Positions 1 through 8,740 of a stretch of DNA of 14,736 nucleotides are shown here, one piece after another. How positions within the stretch are numbered: the stretch's first letter is position 1; every line of letters starts with the position of its first letter. This DNA comes from Azolla caroliniana (Eukaryota > Plantae > Polypodiophyta). Both the position numbers and the translations under genes were made by a program. The stretch spans positions 1 through 14,736 of the forward strand of contig JBHGNT010000845.1 in NCBI GenBank assembly GCA_043228905.1, in the 5' to 3' direction. Below the pieces are notes generated by a model. That model was given only the letters and a program-made list of their open reading frames with translations, had not been told where the DNA came from and made no database searches.

Positions 1-104
1 ATGAAATGTCGCCACCGCATAGACTAATGCATGATTACCAAGTGTCATGCATGCATGAATGCCAAATGGCGATCATGCATGCCTATGAGGTGGCGAGCAT
101 GCAT
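1..104. repeat. Imperfect ~104-bp palindrome rich in RY (CATGCATG) motifs
   Basis: 9-22 TCGCCACCGCATAG pairs with 83-96 at 13/14, and 27-40 ATGCATGATTACCA pairs with 67-80 at 12/14. The centre (45-58) is the perfect palindrome TCATGCATGCATGA. Confidence 0.8.
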
Positions 105-318
105 GTATCCAAATCATGCTATATAAACATGTAGTGAAGTATTGATGAACTATTCTTGTTCAATGCCAGTCTTCGGCATACTCTTGTAACCCTTGTTCTC
201 ATTACTAATACATTGTCAACATCTTATTTCTCTCTCATTCCTCTCTTATTTGCTATTTCTCATCCTTTTCTTCATTTTAAACTTGTCTTTGGCTACGGCC
301 TGACACCTTTACCTCACA
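1..318 (+). mobile_element. Possible 3' part of an LTR (TATA box 120-127, CT-rich tract, ends ...CCTCACA)
   Basis: CTATATAAA followed by a pyrimidine-rich stretch that ends in CA at 318, a layout typical of plant LTR R/U5 regions. The left end and any TSD are outside the window and no PBS follows, so this is inference. Confidence 0.3.
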
Positions 319-1851
319 TGCCCTTGGCAACAAAATGATGTAACATTTTTTCAGCCATTATAAGACATGTTTATCTTCAAGGATTGTGTGCATTTGACAT
401 TTGGCAATGATGCCTACAAATCTAATATTTTAAACCTCTAATGAATGTGCAAAAAGGGACATAATTTTATGGTAAAGGGCCAACTTGAAGGCCATTCATT
501 AAGCTTGGCAATACATGCAACAACACACTGTATTAGCTAATGGTATGGACTTTCTATCCTTTGGAATATTCAATGAAGTAGTTGACATGAAATACATATG
601 CAAATTTCAAATTAGTATTATTTCGATGTTGTAATTAATAAGTAAACGTTAATTATACATGATGTAATATTCTTAAATTCATATATTAGTGACAAGGGAT
701 GAAAGTCCTTGGGTTTGTAACTTTGTCATCCAACCCTGAGTTCTTTGTCCTTGTTTTGTTTTTAGTTTAGAAGAAATTGAAAGGTTTGGTAAGAATGCGG
801 TGAATTCTCTAGAAGACTCTACATTACATTATGCTTTGACAACAAAATGTCTAGAACAACTATTATGATTGCTAATAGCTATATATTTGTGACTCAATCA
901 CCATTAAAAGTATTTTTAGAAAAAAAACTATAAAAAACTTATACACATCCAATTTTGAAAATTTTAAGAAACAATGGGAGAGAATACTTGGTAGATGCAG
1001 ATATGCATACTCGAGGTGTATGCTACAATAAAAAATGTTGTAAATCATTTGTTGTAGGATTTAATAGCTCATTTCTAAAAGGTTTCAAAAAAGAAGAAGA
1101 TTTAAGTTGCACATTACAAATTATTCACTAGTCAAAAATCTTCGTAATGTCAAAATGACTAGTACTCCATTAAACTTACCCTTGATGTACAACATAACAA
1201 TATTTGAAAGAATTAAATGTTTGTGAATATTGATCCTTAAAACAACAATTGAGACAAGAATCTGCACTTGAAAATTTCACAACACTATGATGCCAAATGT
1301 AGCAATACGTGGAGGTAATAGCCATAACAGAGATAAATGAATTGTAATGTTAGATAGGCTCGCCGCTCAACATAACTCTACATTTATAAAAGGAAAGACT
1401 TCTTCAATCCAAAATCTAGGTATAAGAGTTTGAATAATAGATATATTTTAGTTGTCCTAAATGCAAAAACATGAAAATCGTGGTTCAAAGACTTTCAGAT
1501 GTTAATATGAAAGCACAAGCATAAACATTTAAGAGGGAAACAATGCCTTACCATTTGGTAAAAACCAAAGCCAATAAATCAATTGTTGTGATGTGGCAGG
1601 TCCAAAGGTACCAAATAGAGAATAGTATGGAAAGAGAACAATCACAAAAGTACGTATAATGAAAACAATTATAATAAAAGGTTTAGAGGGAAATGGTAAA
1701 GCTATGGATTGTGAGGAAGAGGGTTGAGAGTTTGATTTTTTTTTGGCATGTAAAATAACTACCCTTCTGATTTTCCAAGAGAAAAGGGGTAGGTGACCAT
1801 TTCATGCAATAGAGAAAAAATGGGAAAAGAGGGCTTATTTCTGGTTGCTCA

Positions 1852-1871
1852 TTTTGGGTTTAGGGTTAGGG
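1852..1871 (+). repeat. Short degenerate telomere-like tract (TTTTGGG TTTAGGG TTAGGG)
   Basis: Read directly. Only three units, so more likely a telo-box cluster than a true interstitial telomere. Confidence 0.5.
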
Positions 1872-2439
1872 TGAGAGTCCATGTGAGAGTGGAGTTTAAA
1901 CCACCTCTCCTCCATCTCGGCAATTCAGACAGTTAACCCATTCAAGAATCCCCAGATTCATGCCTATTGTCAGCTCCCTGAAGTATTTCATCATTTACCA
2001 CGCTCGTATTTTCCGTGTTGGGACCTTCTTCTCCTTTGCAAGTCATCATGGCGTGTTGGGTGAGCATGGAGGAAAGAAATTGAAAGTCGGTAGGGTTCAT
2101 TAGTCAAGGAAGGAAGCTCGAAGGGGCATGGGTTCCCCACATCAACAAGAGGTAGTATAGTCGTTGGTTGTATGTGGGCTCGTCGAAGACCATGAAATTA
2201 GGATCCTTACCGTTAGCTTAACTAGTGTACCTTCATTACCACCATTGCAAACACTTATCATAATCACTACTATAGTTATTTTGTAATTGCATTGAAAACC
2301 CAAGGGAATTTCTTTTGTAAAAAACTAGTGTCGAGTGTTAACCTATGTTTATTGTATTAAACAAGTGGACTTAGCCCTAATCCTTGTTTTAATCACTTGA
2401 ACGCTACCATGGTGAGAGGGATAGACAATTAGATCTTCG

Positions 2440-2722
2440 TTGACTTTAAGGTTTCAGCAAGTCAAAGGCTTTCTTGAAGTCGAAGGCATTCCTTGAGTCT
2501 AATGTTTCCTTGAGTCGTAGCGCCGGCGAGAGAGGAAATAATGATTGACTTTAAGGTTTCATCAAGTCAAAGACTTTCTTGAAGTCGATGGCATTCCTCG
2601 AGTCTAATGTTTCCTTGAATCCAAGCTTTCCTCGAGTCAAAGGCATTCCTTGACTTTGAGGTTTCCTCAAGTCGATGCCTTTCCTCAACTCTAAGATTTC
2701 CTCAAGGCAAAGAATTCCTTGA
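2440..2722. repeat. 17-18-bp minisatellite (~14 units, approx. GTCNAAGGNTTCCTYRA) with a 74-bp higher-order duplication
   Basis: 2440-2513 and 2545-2618 match at 70/74, separated by a 31-bp spacer. Six further monomers continue to 2722. Confidence 0.9.
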
Positions 2723-4130
2723 TCGAAAGCTAGTGTAACTCCGAAGAATGGCTAATTCTTGAAAAGGGCGGTTACTCAAGGGAAACCCACAAAGGGGTGT
2801 TAAGTCTTCTCGCACACCATCACGGCCTCCCTAGTTCAAATCCCCATATGGACCCACTTGACTAGCACACACAAACATGACGTAACACCGTATGGTTTAC
2901 TTTCAAGAAATAACTTTATTGGTTTTTCAAGAACAACGTGTCATATTAATAAAATAGGCTTATATTAATAAAAAAGGCTAAATGGTTTCAAACCAGATTC
3001 TTTGTATGGCACAAAGGGAGCTAAATTTTCCCCTCTACTAATAAAATCTAAAGATGGACAAAACAACTACATTTTGCATTATTATTTTGGTTGGTATGAA
3101 GTGATGTTTCTCAAACGACTAGGATCCCATTTCGATATTATTGGTATAATTGAAATTTTCCTATTTTTAAATTTAGTTGGTTAGTAGCATAAAAATTGTT
3201 ATGGGTAACATAATCTCCCTTATTTTTATAGGGGCATACTTCAAACAAACTTAATTATTAGATCCAAGGTATCCAAATACATCATTAAGCATGATATGCT
3301 TTAATGAGAGGAAACCGCTTTGATAATGCTTTCCTTTAATATGAAAGAATCAATTTTCTATTCATGTGGTGTTGTAAAGTACAAGGGAGCGTCATGGCTT
3401 TGTGGTTATATATAACTTGAAGGTGTTACTAACATTTATTGTGATTGTTGGAGTTGTGTTTGTAACCACACCCACTAAGTGATCAAGCCGACATTCAAAT
3501 AAGACGGCAACAAGCACACGTTGATGAACTTGTTACATGCATCCGACTGTGTATCAAGAATGCAAGTACGCAATCTTATGTGTCCAAGCTTGATATATGC
3601 TTCACGATAATGATAACAAATGTCATATTTAGTCTCTCTCATTGATTTACCTTATCTTGTGCATTGCTAATTCATTTTCACTTCATAACATACTTGAGTG
3701 TTTAGACTCGTCATCGTAATGCTTAGGCATGTACAATGAACTATACCATGTGTTAGAATTTTCTCAAATATATATCGAAATGGAACAAGTTTGATCATAC
3801 AATACTTCAAAAATCTCACAAATGCTTATTATATACGACCCCTTTCATTTACACTCCAAACCCCTAACAAAAATTTGAGAACAAGAATATGATGATAAAA
3901 TCCATCCTATTTTCATTAAGTGAATGAACTTATCATAATGTTTCGTTTTCTAGATATAGTGCCAGTTATTGTTTTGGGTTTGTTTGAAATAAGTCACGCC
4001 AAGAGAAAGAAGAAGCTCCTTCATTTATGGAAAAAGTTACCCCTATTCTCTAAGTCAACTCAAGGGCCTCAATGGAACTATCAACTTCCTTGGACCATTT
4101 GTTGATTAACAGTGAAGCACGGCAGAATGC

Positions 4131-4147
4131 AAAAAAAAAAAAAAAAA
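4131..4147 (+). repeat. A17 homopolymer
   Basis: Read directly. No flanking TSD found. Confidence 0.9.
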
Positions 4148-4499
4148 CCTTTTACAAAGTTCTAGCTTTGGTCTTAGGATTATCGTATATCATTGTACAT
4201 GAAAATTGTAAGCTTTTGGGCACATAAGCTTAAGCTAGCATTCACATGTTTTTCTTAATACTAATGAGGAAAATCTTTAAAGAAAAAAAAAACATACCTT
4301 GAGTTTCAAATACATTAATCTTTTCAGATCTATCTTTCGAGATAAATTAGAATTGCTCTTAGAATGTAAGAGGTTTATCCTTGACCAATATCTATATCTC
4401 TCCATTTTAGTTACACATCTTCTATTTCATATGTTGCATTTTTAGAATACCCATGGCGTTTGTAAATGAATGCAATATCCTTCTACGCTTCTATCTCTA

Positions 4500-5700
4500 A
4501 GTGATGTCAAAAAATTAGACTCCCCCAAACATCGGTAACAAATAGCTAATAAATAGTACTCAACGCAATGGTGTTGCTTGAGTCAAGGCATACCTTTTAT
4601 CATGACATGTTATTAGTATGGAAATTAAAGGAAAACATATTTCGACTTGTTTTCATGATTCACAAACATAAGAAACATTGTGCCATTCCAACAAAAGAAT
4701 AAGCTCATGGTTGGTGTTTACTAAATTGAGGCATATTTTGGGCTTTAACATAACCGACAAGAATATGCCATCAATTAGAGGTGGGTTTTGACCAATATAA
4801 TGTTTTGGTTGTCACATTTTTCATGAATCCTTATATGAAACTTAAGTCGTATTTCATTTTGTTTCCTTCTGCCCTTCTTCCTCCTCAATCACACAACACC
4901 CCATATTATATCACAAAAGGACCTTCTCAACAGAATGTGAACTCCCCCTAGGAGATGCCTTCTTACCCTCCACATCAAACTTTCAAGCATAACATATTGG
5001 TGACACATCGTATCCCACAATTCTGATACTATATTATATTCACAAAATGCATCAAATGTTACATCCTTATTATAACAAAGGTCAAGCCCTTAAACGCTAT
5101 GCATGCTTTGTTATTGTTCTAAGATACCTAAGTTTCTCTTTTGACATGCGTTTGGCCTCTCTTCTAAGTTCTACCCCTCCCTTTCTCTTTAGTCTTGATT
5201 TCCCTTTTCTAACTTCTCATGCAATGGCATTTCATGATTGAGATGATAGTCCAATTAGGCCACTTTGTCCTTTTGTGTTGGTTCTTGTGCATTAGAAAGT
5301 AAATGGCCTAATAATCGATTTACTATCCTCACCATGTATAAGGGGTGAAAAGTTCTAATCCTTGCTAGCATGAATAAACCTATTTCATTTTTTAATGTAA
5401 AGTGGGAATAGTATGCATTTAATTCCAAATGAGGCGACTCTCGAGTCTCTCCCATTATGTAAAAGGAAGGGAATAAGGCTCATTTAGGGATTCTTTTTGA
5501 GATTTTTGGAGCTCAACTTCCGGATTTTTGGCCCTAAGTATATTGTTATATTTTTTTACTTCTTCTTCTTTGCCTTCTCTTCCACTTTAGAGGCTTTTGT
5601 AGTCTTCATCACCACCAAGCTCACCACGCTTTGACAACTTCGAGGAAGAGCTTGGCTTTGGCTCGGGAATAGCACAAGTTCGCTCGCACACTAGTCATTG
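4500..5700 (-). mobile_element. Possible heavily decayed LTR-retroelement internal or 3' region
   Basis: The minus strand has purine-rich, K/E-codon-like stretches broken by stops (about 5130-5220 and 5560-5690) and two PPT-like GGGGGAG motifs (near 4942-4949 and 4520-4526). No gag, RT or integrase motif was recognised. Confidence 0.25.
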
Positions 5701-5971
5701 AAGGGAGTACAAAGTGGCCCAGGAACACTACTCTAACTTTGAGGTGTCATCACCATCGACGGTCTCAACTATCCACTTGACTCACCTTCACCGGAAGATC
5801 AAGCTTCCTATCATTCTTCTTATTTTTAGGTCATTAATCCTTGTAAAAGCCATTGAACTCGTAGCATCATTCAATGAAATGTTTCGTTGTAAGAAAAGAA
5901 AATTTCTTCATCTAAACACTTATTTCGAGCACTAGTCAAGTACAATAGAGCTAATCTCAATTGATTGACAC

Positions 5972-6049
5972 TGTTACGGGCATGACTTTATCCATGTGTG
6001 TAGAATACTACGATAAAACTTACGATGGGATATGGTCATGCCCGTAACA
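5972..6049. mobile_element. 78-bp TG...CA element with perfect 15-bp terminal inverted repeats and a near-perfect 5-bp TSD
   Basis: TGTTACGGGCATGAC (5972-5986) is the exact reverse complement of GTCATGCCCGTAACA (6035-6049). The flanks are GACAC (5967-5971) and AACAC (6050-6054). Confidence 0.7.
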
Positions 6050-7735
6050 AACACTAATCAAGTATTACTTACCCTACGCCATTGTGTATGTGTGTAAGTA
6101 GTTGTCAACGGGCAATTGTATGTTTGCCTCACATGCTTCGTTCACCTCTTGAGTGCATGCCGCAATCTTTGAACACTAATTAGGTAAAGGGCGACATCTG
6201 TTTTACAAGCTTATTTGGTTTGCATAGTATAGTGCCTTGTGTTTATCAACCCTCGATTAGTTTTAGGGGGTTTTCTTGCCCTTAACAACTTCATCCCCTC
6301 AAATGTATATTCTAGCCTCTTTGTTTTGAAATAATAGATGCTTTGGTATTAATACACTCGTAGTTTAGTAAAAGGAAGAATTTGGTTATTACATTTTTAG
6401 TACATGGTGTACGCTAGTATTGAGTTGGTTAAGGGAGAATAAATATGTGTGCTTAAATATGACATGCATTTTGGGCTTCAAGGAGCATTTTGAACTTCAA
6501 AGCATAGATTTTAAAGATTTGAATGGTCACAAAATGGAACTCTCTTTAGATGTAGAAACTATATATAAAACATTTACGTATAAACAAATTTAGTAAATAG
6601 AACATTTTTCAAGTCCTATTCAAATTTGAAACTTTGTGACTTAACCGCTTGTTGCATAACTAGTAAGGGTGAGTTTGATATATTAAAATGTCAAAGGAGG
6701 CCCCTTTAATAATTCTCTTAAAAAAACAAATTTTAGTAAGCAAACCATGCACTCGAATCAACCATGACAATTCATTTGAAATTCGTCTTGTGTGTCTCAC
6801 TAGCATGCTCGTGGTTCCGTTATCGTGCATCTTCTTAGAACAACTTGTTTGATTGTTGCATGCATGTTATCTAGGGTTTTAAGAATGCAATATTATAATC
6901 ACACTTCCGATGACCAAAATGTTTATTCCATAAATGGATTAGTTCAAAGTAAATTTAGTGAAATATTACAGGAAAAAAGAATGTGTTACATAAAAAAGAC
7001 AAGGAAGGATGAACAAATATGGCAAATTTTGAATCATTAGCATCGCAGAACTTCTCTCTTCAAAGATTATTTGGGAGTATTGCTTTTAGAATATCTTCCA
7101 TTGTTGTGCCCATCGATGATGACACTGAACATCATCATCATCACTTAAATTTTTACGAGGTTATATGGTGTGATGGATGAGCTAGGTGTTACTTACATGA
7201 GGGATATGTAGATCTCCACATAGGATAAGGCCCTCGTTATGACCTAATGTTTACTTACAAGTAGATTTGATCTCTCTTCGATTCCTCAATCCAAGCTCAA
7301 AAAAAGCATATGGGCCTTGATCTTATAAAGAGGGTATTATCATCGCTACCCATGGTACTAATTGAGCAAATGCATGAGTTGTGTTACACAAAAGCAAGTA
7401 TCAACGAGGTGGTTGAATGCTCAATGAGGTGGTTAAAATTTTAGCGTTACTAACACGGGAGATTTTAGGGGTTGTTTGTAGTTCAATAACCATTTTTCGA
7501 GTAGTTTGAAACATACTAACTAATGTTATGTATGACAAAGGTTTTTTTTCACATATTTGCCCAACTTAATAACGGAGTAAGGAAATACCAATAATATTCG
7601 CTACAAAATAAGCTAAGATTAGATTGTTTGTGATGATTACTAGTTTCATAACTTATATGTTTGCCCAACCATATGTATATATAGTGACTTACCCAAAACG
7701 TCCCTTGTTTGGTCCACCATGCCCAATGGTTGTAG

Positions 7736-7820
7736 GGGCCCGGGGAGGGTTTTCCCGCATGAACTTGACTTGGACCTTTTTAGGGTTTGGCAGAGTTGAA
7801 TGGCCTGGCCTGGCCTGGCT
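7736..7820 (+). promoter_or_regulatory. Proximal promoter module: GGGCCC (TCP/site II-like), E2F site, telo-box, (TGGCC)x4
   Basis: GGGCCC at 7736-7741, TTTCCCGC at 7751-7758 (perfect E2F consensus), TAGGGTTT at 7781-7788 (reverse AAACCCTA) and TGGCCTGGCCTGGCCTGGCT at 7801-7820. All fall within 85 bp, where GC and CpG content rise about 200 bp before the GC-rich leader. A second TAGGGTTT is at 8129-8136. Confidence 0.55.
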
Positions 7821-8043
7821 TGTGTGTGGTGCATATACGTACATATACGAATGACCTCCCTCCTCCCCCCCCCAAAAAACAAAAACAAATGGATATTGGT
7901 CTGAAATCAACATTTATGGAGTAAAAAATATTTGGAGTTCTTCCCCCAAAAAAAAAACACAGCAAAAAACTCGCCACAATTATTTGTTCGTGATTTTGTT
8001 TCTGCTGCAGAGCAGCAGTCCCTGTTTCATCGCGATCTGCTTG

Positions 8044-8078
8044 CCCCCCTTCCCGGCGCCCGCCACGCCCGCACGCCC
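8044..8078 (-). promoter_or_regulatory. Potential G-quadruplex (template strand) / i-motif (sense strand) in the putative 5' leader
   Basis: Five C tracts of 3 or more on + (8044-49, 8052-54, 8059-61, 8068-70, 8076-78) with loops of 2, 4, 6 and 5 nt. This fits the G3N1-7 x4 rule on the minus strand. Confidence 0.5.
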
Positions 8079-8090
8079 GCCTGCTTTAGG

Positions 8091-8653
8091 GTAAGCTTTT
8101 CCTTCTGTCTGTGTGAAGATCGATTTGTTAGGGTTTCGTCTCTGTTCTAAAACCAAATTTGTCTTTAGATCAACCGTAAAAAATAGAAAAAAAATCAGAA
8201 GCTCCGGAGAGATTTGAGAAAAGAAAATCTCAACCTTAGCGGAGCCAAAGAGAGAAGAACAGAGAAGAGCAATTCTAGTCCCTTGAAGACGTTCTTTGCT
8301 TCAAATTTAGCTTCACAGCTTTCCATGCAGACAGGTTTTGTACATTAAATTTGTTATTGAACAGTTTTTTCCCCTCAGAAAAAAGAACCTCCAGATTATA
8401 CTCCCAAATTTGCAGACTTATGTTTACTCATGCATCCAGGTTTTCCTCACAGATTCTGTCTTACAAATTAGTGTTAACGGATATCTGAAAGTGCTGTTGA
8501 ATTCATTGGAAATGTTTTCTTCATTCATACTCATGAATTGAGTGCAAGCGCAAATATGTGTGATGTAAGGTAATAAATAGGTTTTACGCTGTACTAAGTG
8601 CCTGCTTACAGTGAAAATTTCAGAGTTTTGAATGGGTTTTCTTTTCTGTCTAG
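8091..8653 (+). other. Probable 5'UTR intron of the PWWP gene
   Basis: Strong donor AGG|GTAAGC at 8091 ends the GC-rich segment. An acceptor TTTTCTTTTCTGTCTAG|G is at 8653, 80 nt before the ATG. Other candidate sites exist inside (CTCACAG at 8452, AAG|GTAATA near 8570), so boundaries may differ. Confidence 0.5.
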
Positions 8654-8698
8654 GTAAATCATCAAGGATAAAACACATATATCCGGTGAGACTTTAAG

Positions 8699-8740
8699 AT
8701 GTTTGAAGTCTGATCATTGTTGAAGTGAATGTATGGATAA
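8699..8740 (+). promoter_or_regulatory. Two minimal upstream ORFs: MFEV* (8699-8713) and MYG* (8729-8740, overlapping the main ATG out of frame)
   Basis: ATG TTT GAA GTC TGA and ATG TAT GGA TAA read directly. They are in the mRNA only if the 8653 acceptor is used and the donor-like site at 8686 is not. Confidence 0.45.

Noticed and set aside
2410-2425. TGGTGAGAGGG after ...CTACCA as a primer-binding site (also TGGTGTACG near 6405)
   Set aside because: Neither matches tRNA-iMet (TGGTATCAGAGC) or the Arg/Lys/Asp PBS sequences I know beyond the first 3-4 bases.
2440-2722. CRISPR-like appearance of the repeat array
   Set aside because: Monomers are contiguous and degenerate with no unique spacers, there are no cas genes, and the context is eukaryotic.
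2734-2775. GTAAC...AAGAAT/ATTCTT...GTTAC hairpin
   Set aside because: Short stems with large bulges; could arise by chance.
3034-3050. TCTACTAATAAAA as a Helitron 5' end
   Set aside because: Not preceded by the A of an AT target, and I could not pair it with a hairpin plus CTRR 3' end.
3446-3690. TGTTGG...TAACA segment as a copia solo LTR
   Set aside because: The ends are LTR-like but the flanks GTGAT and TACTT do not form a TSD.
156-8678. Short upstream ORFs of 60-84 aa in the supplied track
   Set aside because: Several begin at TTG/GTG, compositions mirror AT-rich or homopolymer DNA, and none has a recognisable domain. The cluster at 7624-8150 reflects the GC-richer promoter.
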